From: an uncultured Nitrospinota bacterium
GTDB lineage: Bacteria; Nitrospinota_A; UBA7883; JAJRTC01
Length of the DNA stretch: 46,507 nucleotides
Assembly (NCBI GenBank): GCA_964395915.1
Contig: CAYNDB010000002.1
Coordinates: 10,817-57,323 of the forward strand
Direction of reading: 5' to 3'
Shown here: positions 34,731 to 43,980 of the stretch, one piece after another
How positions within the stretch are numbered: the stretch's first letter is position 1
Layout: every line of letters begins with the position of its first letter
Program-made: the position numbers and the translations under genes
The notes under the pieces: model-generated
Seen by the model: the letters and a program-made list of their open reading frames with translations, nothing else
Database searches by the model: none
What the model was told of the DNA's origin: nothing

Positions 34731-35725
34731 AAATACTTGGGCTGGATGTGGGAGGGGCGCATATCAAAAGCGCGCTTGTAGAAACTGGAGCCGCTTCTGT
34801 CATGCGGGAGAGGGTAATCACGCCATTCGAAATATATAAGAATAAAGAAAAACTACCCCACATAATAAGGAAAATTGTAAGACAAGCGAAACCGGATGGC
34901 GTGGCGTTGACCATGACAGGCGAACTGGCCGATGTGTTTCCAACCAGAAATGCTGGGGCGCGGTTCATCCTCGATTCCGTGGTCAAAGCCGCTAAACCTG
35001 TCCGGGTAAAAGTAATCGACACAAATGGCGATTTAATCGCCGTGTCACAGGCAAGGAAATCGCCCTGCGCCATAGCATCGGCTAACTGGGCGGCGACGGC
35101 CAAATGGGTTTCACAACAGATCGACACTTGTATCATTGTTGATATCGGCTCAACTACTACCGATATCCTGCCAATAATAAACGGAGCCGTAGCTGTTAAA
35201 GGACGAGACGATTATAAACGTCTTGGCGCAGGTGAGCTTCTATATACAGGCTATCTTAGGACAAACGCCGCCGCCGTATGCCCAGTTGTAACTATCCAGG
35301 GAAAAAGTGTCCCCGCATGCCCGGAACATTTCGCAATTATGGGAGACGCCTTTCTTTATCTCGGCGAAATAACGGCGCAAGATTACACAACACCCACACC
35401 GGACAACGCTCCCAAACGAAAATCAACCGCCGCCAGGAGACTTGCCCGCCTCGTACTTTCAGATCCATCAAAACTTGGAGAGAGAGGAATAACTTCAATA
35501 GCCCGGCAATTAATAAACTCGCAAGTTCAAATGATTGTCCACGCTGTTCGCAGGATAGAAATAGACAGAAATATCGAAAACGCGTCTCTTCTTTTGACAG
35601 GGCATGCAAATATATACCGTAAACGATTGAGACGAAAGATATCAAACCGGTTTATTAGCCGCCTTGGCGTTTTCCCTGTCAATATCGTCGATCCGGCGTC
35701 ATGCGCCGCCGCGCTATGGAAATAA
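34727..35725 (+). CDS. Hydantoinase/oxoprolinase-like ASKHA-fold protein of the 'H4MPT-linked C1 transfer pathway protein' type (possibly MfnF-like)
   Basis: 332 aa. Motifs ILGLDVGGAHIKSA, LTMTGELADVF, ASANWAATA, VDIGSTTTDILP and GELLYTGYLRTN match my memory of that family's conserved blocks. Confidence 0.6.
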   Translation: MKILGLDVGGAHIKSALVETGAASVMRERVITPFEIYKNKEKLPHIIRKIVRQAKPDGVALTMTGELADVFPTRNAGARFILDSVVKAAKPVRVKVIDTNGDLIAVSQARKSPCAIASANWAATAKWVSQQIDTCIIVDIGSTTTDILPIINGAVAVKGRDDYKRLGAGELLYTGYLRTNAAAVCPVVTIQGKSVPACPEHFAIMGDAFLYLGEITAQDYTTPTPDNAPKRKSTAARRLARLVLSDPSKLGERGITSIARQLINSQVQMIVHAVRRIEIDRNIENASLLLTGHANIYRKRLRRKISNRFISRLGVFPVNIVDPASCAAALWK

Positions 35726-35871
35726 ACATTTTGTTTCAAGTTATTTTATAGTTGCATTTAAGATGGAATTATTATTACCATACTCAGCTATCATTTTATG
35801 TCTATATTTAGTCAGCCTCAAATACGCCAACTTTGGGTCTGTCGATGACTATACTGGAGGGGTACATACAC

Positions 35872-36135
35872 ATGGCCCGGAAGATAGAAGTATTCAGCGC
35901 GGGGTGCCTGGTGTGCGATCTTACGGTCGACTATATCAAAAGCGCCGTTGTCGGTTGTGAAGTAATTGTATTAAACACGCATAAGCATGAGGTTGCGCAA
36001 AGGGCGATAGACTTTGGTATTCGGTGTCTTCCTGCGATTGTTGTAGATGGAAAGCTTGCGGATCCCTGCCAGATGGGAGGTCCCGCAAAAGCGATACTTC
36101 ATGATTACGGGTTGATTAAAAGGAAAGTTGTATAG
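35872..36135 (+). CDS. Small thioredoxin-fold protein with a CxxC motif (glutaredoxin-like)
   Basis: MARKIEVFSAGCLVCDL...CLPAIVVDGKL has a thioredoxin-fold pattern with a CLVC redox motif and a cis-Pro context (LPA). GGAGG lies 11 nt upstream of the ATG at 35872. The ORF track begins at 35833. Confidence 0.6.
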   Translation: MARKIEVFSAGCLVCDLTVDYIKSAVVGCEVIVLNTHKHEVAQRAIDFGIRCLPAIVVDGKLADPCQMGGPAKAILHDYGLIKRKVV

Positions 36136-36161
36136 AAGCTTAAACCTATAATGTAAAGTTT

Positions 36162-36884
36162 TCAGCTTTGGCCCGATTCATACGCCTCCCATATCATCGG
36201 CCATCCTTTTTTTACAATTTTCGCCATTACTTTCGCATAATCGCGGATCTCTTTTTGTGCGTCCGGAGCAAGTCGCAACGAAAAATAGTGGAGCAGGTTA
36301 CGAATATCCATACTCCATACTATCTGCGTATAAGCGGACACAGGCAACACCACTCTCGCCTGTTCACGGGCGACGCCGATCTCTATCAATTCCTTATAGG
36401 TCTCAAAAGAACGGCTGTTGGACTCGTCTATAAGCTCACGCGCTTTTTGCGATTCGGCCACAGACAATGGCTCGCCGCTCATCTGTTTGTTGGTTGAGTG
36501 TTGCGACCGCACATCGTCTTCCGCCGGGACGTAGAAAATGTCCGGGCACTCGGTATAGCGAAAAGACCATTCGTTGAGGCTGGCGGTTCGGTGGCGCACA
36601 TGCTGGCGCATCACGAATATCGGTAATCGAATTCGGAAAGTAAGGTTCACCATCTCAAAAGGGGAGGTATGCCTGTCTTTCCACAAACGCATTATCAGTT
36701 TTTTGTCATGTTCCGCGGTCTTCCCCTCGCTTCGCTGATATGATGTCCTGGCGGCTCGGGCCACACTGCTGTCGGCTCCGAGATAATCCACAAGCTCCAC
36801 TTCGCCATGCTCATGGATCGTGTATACCTTGTATAGCTCTTCCTCGGCGCCTTCGCTTATAAGGCGATTTGTTGTCTGGCTCAA
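36162..36884 (-). CDS. thyX: FAD-dependent thymidylate synthase ThyX
   Basis: 240 aa. Carries the ThyX signature RHRTAS (RHRxxS) within MRQHVRHRTASLNEWSFRY. Confidence 0.92.
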   Translation of the reverse strand: MSQTTNRLISEGAEEELYKVYTIHEHGEVELVDYLGADSSVARAARTSYQRSEGKTAEHDKKLIMRLWKDRHTSPFEMVNLTFRIRLPIFVMRQHVRHRTASLNEWSFRYTECPDIFYVPAEDDVRSQHSTNKQMSGEPLSVAESQKARELIDESNSRSFETYKELIEIGVAREQARVVLPVSAYTQIVWSMDIRNLLHYFSLRLAPDAQKEIRDYAKVMAKIVKKGWPMIWEAYESGQS

Positions 36885-36929
36885 TTCTAAAAGTTCTCCA
36901 GAGTTATAACGTGTAATTATAAACTAAAA

Positions 36930-38342
36930 TCAGTTTTGCCGTGATCCCGCGTAGTCGGCGGCGGCGCGTATCCTCGCTATACATTTTTCTCTACCAAAAG
37001 CTGTCATTACTTCAAAGAGGCCCGGGCTGACCGTTCCGCCGGTCAACGCCACGCGGACCGCTTGCGCCAGGTCTTTTAACTTAATTTCACGCATGTCAAT
37101 CAACGCGCGGAACTCCGTCTCGATATTCGCCTCGGCCCACGGCTCTATTTTATTAAGCCTGTCGACAAGCTCGTTTAGATATTGCGCTATTTTTGGTTTC
37201 AGGAATTTGTTGGCCGCTTTTTCTTCATACTCCACGCTTTCGACAAAGAAGTATTTCATGCTTTTAGCAAGATTTGGAATGGTCTTTGCCCGTTCGCGCA
37301 ACATTGGAAGAAGTTTTATTATTTCGTCAAGCTCCGTTTCAACACCGTCTTGCTCAAGTTTTGTCGCCACAAGCCTGGCAAGCGTTTCATCAGGGGCCGT
37401 TTTCATATGTTCACCATTGAGCCATGTCAGTTTTTCAACGTCGAACTTCGCGGCGGACTTGGTGACAGAATCGAGATCGAACAGTTTTTTAAGCTCATCC
37501 ATTGTAAACACTTCCTTGTCACCATGACTCCAGCCTAGCCGAACAAGATAGTTGACCAACGCTCCTGGCAAGAACCCCTGTTCACGATATTCCATAACAG
37601 ACATCGCCCCGTGCCGTTTGGATAATCGCGCCCCGTCACGCCCAAGTATCATCGAAACATGAGCGAATTTCGGCAGGTCGAACTCAAGCGCGTTGTATAT
37701 CACAGCCTGACGGGGCGTGTTGGCAAGATGGTCGTCGCCCCGGATCACGTGGCTTATACGCATATCCGCGTCGTCAATCACAACGCAATAGTTATATGTA
37801 GGCGTTCCGTCCGTGCGGGCGATTATCATATCGTCCAGCTCAACATTTTTAAATTCAATGACGCCGCGCAACAAATCCTCAACAGAGGTCACGCCTTCTT
37901 TAGGCGTCGCGAACCTTATAACAAAAGGCTCGCCGCAATCGGCGGAGATATTTTTACCTCTGCATGTCCCGTCGTATTTCGGTTTTTGACCAGCCTTCAT
38001 CATCTCCTTGCGTTTGATGTCCAAATCCTCCTTGGAACAGACGCAACGATACGCTTTATTTTCGGAGAGGAGCTTGTCGATATATTTTTGATATATTTCC
38101 GATCGTTCCGTCTGGCGATACGGCCCTTCGTCGTAATCCATTCCCAGCCAATCCATCGCCTCTATGATTTGGTTTATCGACTCATCGGTAGAGCGCTCGC
38201 GGTCCGTATCTTCTATCCTGAGGATGAATTCACCGCCGTGACGACGAGCGTATAGCCAGTTGAAAATGGCGGTTCGCGCTCCGCCTATGTGCAGGTGTCC
38301 TGTGGGGCTTGGCGCGAAACGTGTTCTGACCTTGTCACTCAT
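36930..38342 (-). CDS. gltX: Glutamate--tRNA ligase
   Basis: 470 aa. Class I HIGH motif ([15 protein letters not shown]) and a KMSKS-type motif (RLSKRHG). Confidence 0.93.
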   Translation of the reverse strand: MSDKVRTRFAPSPTGHLHIGGARTAIFNWLYARRHGGEFILRIEDTDRERSTDESINQIIEAMDWLGMDYDEGPYRQTERSEIYQKYIDKLLSENKAYRCVCSKEDLDIKRKEMMKAGQKPKYDGTCRGKNISADCGEPFVIRFATPKEGVTSVEDLLRGVIEFKNVELDDMIIARTDGTPTYNYCVVIDDADMRISHVIRGDDHLANTPRQAVIYNALEFDLPKFAHVSMILGRDGARLSKRHGAMSVMEYREQGFLPGALVNYLVRLGWSHGDKEVFTMDELKKLFDLDSVTKSAAKFDVEKLTWLNGEHMKTAPDETLARLVATKLEQDGVETELDEIIKLLPMLRERAKTIPNLAKSMKYFFVESVEYEEKAANKFLKPKIAQYLNELVDRLNKIEPWAEANIETEFRALIDMREIKLKDLAQAVRVALTGGTVSPGLFEVMTAFGREKCIARIRAAADYAGSRQN

Positions 38343-40120
38343 CGCAAGTCACGTTTCAGCCCAAGCTCGCGCATCTGTTTGCTATCCACTTCCGATGGCG
38401 CGTCTGTGAGCAGGCATACGCCTTTCTGGGTTTTCGGGAATGCGATAACGTCGCGGATAGATTCCGATTTTGTAAGTATGGCGATGAGCCTGTCTAGTCC
38501 GAAAGCAATGCCACCATGGGGAGGCGCTCCATATTCCAGCGCCTCTAACAAAAATCCGAACTTCTCTTTTGCCTCTTCCTCACCAATACCCAGAGCGTTG
38601 AACATTTTGTTTTGAACATCACGTTTATGGATACGAATCGAGCCCCCGCCGATCTCCACACCGTTTAACGCAAGATCGTATGAGCGGGAGAGCATCTTTA
38701 ACGGGTCTGTATCGAAATACTGTACGTCTTCTTCCCGTGGCGATGTGAAAGGATGGTGCAGGGCGACGTATCGTTTCTCTTCCTCGTCATACTCCACAAG
38801 CGGAAAGTCTGTGACCCAAACAAAGTTATATTCAGAATCGTCCATAAGCCCAAGCTTTTTACCGAGGCTCACACGCAGGGCTCCCAACGTATCGAAAGCC
38901 ACTTTCTGTTTATCCGCCACGAATATCATCAGGTCGCCTTCTTTGGCGCCAGACATGGATTTAAACTCTTCCAGCGTTTCCGGAGTGAAAAACTTGGTGA
39001 TAGGAGAGACGAATCCTTCATCGGTTATTTTTATCCACGCAAGCCCTTTGGCGCCATGAATTTTCGCTTCTTCCGTAAGGTTGTCCAGATCCTTTCTGGA
39101 ATAACCCGCGCAACCGGGAACCGCCATAATACGCACTGTCCCGCCTTTTTTTACAGCGCCAGTGAACACTTTGAACTCAGATTTGCCCGCAAGCTCGCTT
39201 ACATCGGCAAGCTCCATTCCAAAACGCACATCCGGTTTATCGGAGCCGAAACGGTTCATCGCGTCGTGATATGTAATGGCAGGGAAGGGCGTTTCGAGTT
39301 TTACATTCATTGTCTTATGAAAAAGCTCGGACAACATCCCCTCGCATATGCCACGCACATCCGCTTCATCCACAAAAGACATCTCCATGTCTATCTGTGT
39401 AAACTCAGGCTGGCGGTCTGCCCGCAAATCTTCATCACGAAAACACCTTACTATCTGGAAATAACGGTCTACGCCAGCGACCATCAGCAACTGCTTGAAA
39501 AGCTGTGGCGACTGCGGCAGGGCGTAAAAATGACCTTGCGACAACCTGCTTGGCACAAGGAAATCACGAGCGCCTTCCGGGGTGGAGCGGGTAAGCGAAG
39601 GGGTCTCCACTTCCAGAAATCCATGGGAGTCCAGATAGTTGCGCATTATCATGGAGGCCTTGTGGCGCAGCGTCAGATTGTTAAGCAACGGGCCTCTGCG
39701 TATTTCCAGGTAACGGTGTTTAAGCCTTATGGATTCGCTTGGCGTATCGTTTTCATCCAGGACAAACGGAGGCGTTTTTGATGGATTCAATATTTCCGTT
39801 TTGTCCGCGTATATCTCCACTTCACCTGTCGGCAACTTGGGGTTTGTGGTTCCTTCGGGACGGCTCGATACTTTACCTGTCACCCGAAGCACATATTCGG
39901 CCCGCACAGAATGCGCAAGCTCGTGAGCTTCCTGGTCTATCTCGGGGTTGAGGGCGACTTGCGTCACTCCATATCTGTCTCGGAGGTCTATAAATACAAG
40001 CCCGCCATGATCACGCCTTTTATGAACCCACCCCACAAGGGTAACGGACCGCCCTATATCAGAGGCCCTAAGATCGCCACATGTGTGTGTGCGGCGCAAG
40101 TTTTCCTTTTCAGATGTCAA
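38339..40120 (-). CDS. aspS: Aspartate--tRNA ligase (bacterial type with GAD insertion)
   Basis: 593 aa. OB-fold N-terminus ([19 protein letters not shown]) and class II motifs ([30 protein letters not shown]). ATGA overlap with gltX. Confidence 0.94.
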   Translation of the reverse strand: MTSEKENLRRTHTCGDLRASDIGRSVTLVGWVHKRRDHGGLVFIDLRDRYGVTQVALNPEIDQEAHELAHSVRAEYVLRVTGKVSSRPEGTTNPKLPTGEVEIYADKTEILNPSKTPPFVLDENDTPSESIRLKHRYLEIRRGPLLNNLTLRHKASMIMRNYLDSHGFLEVETPSLTRSTPEGARDFLVPSRLSQGHFYALPQSPQLFKQLLMVAGVDRYFQIVRCFRDEDLRADRQPEFTQIDMEMSFVDEADVRGICEGMLSELFHKTMNVKLETPFPAITYHDAMNRFGSDKPDVRFGMELADVSELAGKSEFKVFTGAVKKGGTVRIMAVPGCAGYSRKDLDNLTEEAKIHGAKGLAWIKITDEGFVSPITKFFTPETLEEFKSMSGAKEGDLMIFVADKQKVAFDTLGALRVSLGKKLGLMDDSEYNFVWVTDFPLVEYDEEEKRYVALHHPFTSPREEDVQYFDTDPLKMLSRSYDLALNGVEIGGGSIRIHKRDVQNKMFNALGIGEEEAKEKFGFLLEALEYGAPPHGGIAFGLDRLIAILTKSESIRDVIAFPKTQKGVCLLTDAPSEVDSKQMRELGLKRDLR

Positions 40121-40147
40121 TTGAACGCTCCTATTGTAAAATCAGGG

Positions 40148-40196
40148 TTTCAGATTCTATCACAGTAGCGCTCCGACACAGGATTGAAATCTGAAA
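40148..40196 (-). other. 9 bp inverted repeat between the PilS-like kinase stop and the aspS start
   Basis: TTTCAGATT (40148..40156) and AATCTGAAA (40188..40196) are separated by 31 nt that contain the AGCGCT palindrome. This could be a terminator/attenuator or an operator. Confidence 0.25.
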
Positions 40197-40200
40197 TGAT

Positions 40201-41919
40201 TTACTGTGAACTTGAAGCGGTTTCAAATATTGACTCGACAGGGAACCAGATGGTGAATTCGGTCCCTTTGCCAACTGTCGATTTTGCGGTGATCTTGCCT
40301 CCGTGACTTTCGACTATCTTGTGCACCGTGGATAGCCCAAGCCCGGTGCCGACATGTTTTGTGGTGAAAAATGGTTCGAATATCTTTTCGAGGTTTTCCT
40401 TCTCGATGCCGCTTCCCGTGTCGCTAAAGATTATTTTGATGAAATTACCAAATGTTTTTTTCTCGTTTATTCTCTTTCGGGGCGACTGTCGCCTGTCGAA
40501 GATGTTCGTGTCCCTGTTAGCCTTAATCGTCAAAACGCCGCCATCATTCATGGAGTCAATCGCGTTCAGGCAGAGGTTCCATATTACCTGCCGAATCTGT
40601 TCCTGATCGATAAAAGCGATAAGACCTTCATCTATTTCCTTGGCAAAACGTATATTTTTCTTGATACGGGCGTCCGATTTGATCAGGGTCAAGGTCTCAA
40701 CAAGTATTCCTCCAATGTCTGTTTCGGCGGGGTTGAGCTTTGCGGGAGAGGCATAGGAGAGAAACTGGGTGATGATCTTGTTAAGCCTCTCCGCCTCACG
40801 CATGGATATATCCATAAGGCGCCTGTCACTTTCGTTTAAAGTGGCTCCCGTGTCTGAGTTAAGCATCTGGATTGATCCGCTCAGGGACGCCAGAGGATTG
40901 CGTATTTCGTGGGCTATACCGGCGGCGACCCGTCCGATAGCGGCAAGTCTCTTTGCGTCCGCTACCTGACGCTCCATACTCTTTAAGCTGCTGACATCGT
41001 GCAGAGCAATTATGACGCCCTGAATGTCGCCTTCCACAACGAACTTGCTGGCGTCCATCGCTATATGCGCAGTCGTTCTGTCCTTGCGTTTATACGTCCA
41101 GTTGAAATGGCGGGAAGAGCCTTCCATGCTCGCGATATGAGAGAAAAATCTTTTTAATCTCGGCAACTGGAGCGTTTTGTCGATTTCACTGTTTTTTATC
41201 TCTGAGGATTCAAGACCAAGTATCGTTTCCGTGGCCGGGTTATGTGAAAGTATTATCCTGTTAAGGTTAACCGCGATAAAACCGGAGCCCATGTTTTCCA
41301 GCACGTTTTCATGAAACGCTTTAAGCAGTGTGAAGTCCTCGCTCTGTTTTTCCAGCTGTTGCTCCTTTGCGCGAAGGATATGCGCCAGACTGCCGCCGAG
41401 ATATGCGATGATAAAAAACAACGCCACATTAATTATGATCTTGAGCGCGACATTGTCTATAGTCACCGCATAATTGCCAAGCGGAAACGGACGAAGCGGC
41501 TGGAAAGCTCCATAAAACTCCAGCAACAGTGACAAACCGTATAAAAGGCTTGCGGCGGAGGTTGTCAGATATATGTCCCGGCTGTTCAGGAGAATTGAGG
41601 CGGCCAGAATGACCAGAATATAAAGAAAGGCGAACGGGCTGTTCAGTCCGCCGGTACAGTAAATCATGGAAGTGGCGAGCAGAAGGTCGAAAAATATCTG
41701 GATATAGACGAAGCGTGTGGCGTTTTTAATATACTTCAGGGACAGTGTGTAGAAAATTGAGAGCGTATACGCCGCTACGATCGTAAAAAGAGCCGGAGCC
41801 GACTCCTCCAGGGCCCCGTATCTCGCCTGGAAAAACACAACCAGACCCATGAAAAACGACACAACGGCAAGACGAGCCGCCAGAAGTATCTTCAAATGCT
41901 GGGAAGCTATTGTAAGCAA
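40201..41919 (-). CDS. Polytopic sensor histidine kinase (PilS-like)
   Basis: 572 aa with about six N-terminal TM helices and a PAS-like segment. H-box AHEIRNPLASL plus N, G1 and G2 boxes (NLCLNAIDS, DTGSGI, GTGLGL). Lies adjacent to pilC. Confidence 0.8.
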   Translation of the reverse strand: MLTIASQHLKILLAARLAVVSFFMGLVVFFQARYGALEESAPALFTIVAAYTLSIFYTLSLKYIKNATRFVYIQIFFDLLLATSMIYCTGGLNSPFAFLYILVILAASILLNSRDIYLTTSAASLLYGLSLLLEFYGAFQPLRPFPLGNYAVTIDNVALKIIINVALFFIIAYLGGSLAHILRAKEQQLEKQSEDFTLLKAFHENVLENMGSGFIAVNLNRIILSHNPATETILGLESSEIKNSEIDKTLQLPRLKRFFSHIASMEGSSRHFNWTYKRKDRTTAHIAMDASKFVVEGDIQGVIIALHDVSSLKSMERQVADAKRLAAIGRVAAGIAHEIRNPLASLSGSIQMLNSDTGATLNESDRRLMDISMREAERLNKIITQFLSYASPAKLNPAETDIGGILVETLTLIKSDARIKKNIRFAKEIDEGLIAFIDQEQIRQVIWNLCLNAIDSMNDGGVLTIKANRDTNIFDRRQSPRKRINEKKTFGNFIKIIFSDTGSGIEKENLEKIFEPFFTTKHVGTGLGLSTVHKIVESHGGKITAKSTVGKGTEFTIWFPVESIFETASSSQ

Positions 41920-42015
41920 TTAAATGGTCTCTTTTCCACTCATTTTGCCATCACACATACGGCAAGGCGTACGATGGAGTTTATGACTCTTTACATACGT
42001 ATTGACCGGGCGCTC

Positions 42016-43209
42016 TTAGCCAACCACGTCGCCCATCTTAAATATGGGCATGTACATGGCGACAACAACGAACCCGACTACGATACCGAGGAAAACCATC
42101 AGCATCGGCTCAAGCATGGAGGTTAACCCCTCAACCGCTGTATCAACTTCCTGGTCGTAAAAATCGGCGATTTTATTCATCATGGCGTCCAGGGCGCCGG
42201 TCTGCTCTCCCACTTCGATCATTTGCACTACCATCGGAGGGAACACACCTTGCTCTTTCAACGGGTCGGACAGGCCTTTACCTTGCTTGATATCATCAAT
42301 GATATTCAGCACGGCGCCTTCTATGACCTTCTGTCCGGAAGTTTTAGCGGTAATGTTAAGCCCTTCTATTATCGGCACTCCAGATGAAATAAGTGTGCCC
42401 ATAGTGCGCGTGAATTTTGCTACAGCCACTTTCTGGATAAGCGTACCAAGAACAGGAAGGCGTATGAATATCTTATCGGTTACAATCTTACCCTTTTCCG
42501 TTTTACGGAGATAGATAAAGGCTCCTATAAGAGCCGCGGGAAGTAGAAATACGGCGTACCAGTATGTAATTACAAAATTGGACGCGCTAAGAACTACCTG
42601 CGTCGGCCACGGAAGCTCCTGACCAAAGTCGGAGAACATCTGACCGAACATCGGAATAACGAAAATGAGCAGGAAAATAATAACCGCCACCGCCACAGTA
42701 ACGATAATTGCCGGATATACCATGGCGGACTTGATTTTCCCTTTCAGGACCATGGCTTTTTCCATGTAATCAGCCAGCCTGATAAGGATCTTGTCCAGAA
42801 TACCGCCCACTTCACCGGCTTCAATCATGTTTGTAAACAGCTCATCGAAAACTTTTGGATGTTTTCGGAGCGCATCGGCGAATGTTTCACCCGATTCGAT
42901 TTTCTGTTTAACTTCCATGATAATCTTGCCGAATATTTTATTATCCGTAGAGCCGCCAAGTATGTTGAGACACTGTACAAGAGGGAGACCGGCGGCGATC
43001 ATAGTAGCGAATTGGCGGGTAAAAATCACAAGGTCCTTGTTTGTGGGACCACCGCCAAAAAGGACTATATCCTTTGGTTTTTTCTTGATAGAAATGAATT
43101 TTACATGTTGCCGGGATAGAATGGTTCTCGCCGCTTCAATGGACTCAGCTTCAATCTCGGCTTTTTGTGAGCCGATTTTAGTGGCATATTTATACTGAAA
43201 AACAGGCAT
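42016..43209 (-). CDS. pilC: Type IV pilus assembly platform protein PilC (GspF family)
   Basis: 397 aa. N-terminus MPVFQYKYATKIGSQKAEIEAESIEAARTIL. Duplicated GspF domain architecture with three TM segments. Confidence 0.88.
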   Translation of the reverse strand: MPVFQYKYATKIGSQKAEIEAESIEAARTILSRQHVKFISIKKKPKDIVLFGGGPTNKDLVIFTRQFATMIAAGLPLVQCLNILGGSTDNKIFGKIIMEVKQKIESGETFADALRKHPKVFDELFTNMIEAGEVGGILDKILIRLADYMEKAMVLKGKIKSAMVYPAIIVTVAVAVIIFLLIFVIPMFGQMFSDFGQELPWPTQVVLSASNFVITYWYAVFLLPAALIGAFIYLRKTEKGKIVTDKIFIRLPVLGTLIQKVAVAKFTRTMGTLISSGVPIIEGLNITAKTSGQKVIEGAVLNIIDDIKQGKGLSDPLKEQGVFPPMVVQMIEVGEQTGALDAMMNKIADFYDQEVDTAVEGLTSMLEPMLMVFLGIVVGFVVVAMYMPIFKMGDVVG

Positions 43210-43239
43210 TACTTTTTTCCCTACATAAAACGCTTGTTA

Positions 43240-43974
43240 TTAAAATTCAATCTCTCTGCCAGTGTCCACCAGGATTTTTCTGAACACCTGATAGAAATTC
43301 TCATTATCCTTTATCGATTTTTTTAGAATAAGCTCAAAATTTGAAAAGTCCGATTCGTTTAGAACAAGGTTTACGCTCTTTGAAAAAGCCGTCAGGTTGT
43401 CTAGGGTCTTAAAGTTTTTCCCGATCAGGACAACGAACATTTTGCGACGGATATCCATATTGAGTGGCTCTATATATTTGAGAATAGCGTTATCGCTGGG
43501 GTCACAGCCGCCGAACCGCTCATTTATTATTATAAGATCATAAAAATTGAATTGCAGTTTTTTTACCGTCTCTTCCATATCCTTCGCCGCCGTGATAAGG
43601 AAGTCCATTTTACGAATGGCAGGGGAAATCAGCTCCAGGTTATCCGTGTCCGCCACGAGAGCGCGGGAAGCGCCTTCCTCCAGAATATCCATTTCATCTT
43701 CCAGGGCGTCCAGCATTGAAGATAGCGGAGCGTTCTCTGACGGAGGGGGCACCGGAATATTCTGGGTCTCATCCAGAATTTTTACTACAGTTGGCGTTGT
43801 TTCAGGAATGCCATTAAACGTTGGCATCCTTCCCGCCGCGGATTCGAAACCTTCTTTTGATATCGATATGGGAGCTTGGCAACTGGGACATTTTACTAAA
43901 ACAGACCCACTTGCCGGAACCTTTTCATCTTGAATATTAAGGTTCTTATTGCATTCAGGGCATATTACTTTCAT
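43240..43974 (-). CDS. MJ0042-type zinc-ribbon protein with a C-terminal degenerate receiver-like domain
   Basis: 244 aa. N-terminus MKVICPECNKNLNIQDEKVPASGSVLVKCPSCQAPI has two CxxC pairs. After a Pro-rich linker comes an alternating beta/alpha pattern (ALVADTD ... YDLIIINERF ... FVVLIGK) that resembles CheY, but with Asn at the expected phospho-Asp position. Confidence 0.6.
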   Translation of the reverse strand: MKVICPECNKNLNIQDEKVPASGSVLVKCPSCQAPISISKEGFESAAGRMPTFNGIPETTPTVVKILDETQNIPVPPPSENAPLSSMLDALEDEMDILEEGASRALVADTDNLELISPAIRKMDFLITAAKDMEETVKKLQFNFYDLIIINERFGGCDPSDNAILKYIEPLNMDIRRKMFVVLIGKNFKTLDNLTAFSKSVNLVLNESDFSNFELILKKSIKDNENFYQVFRKILVDTGREIEF

Positions 43975-43980
43975 AAACGC

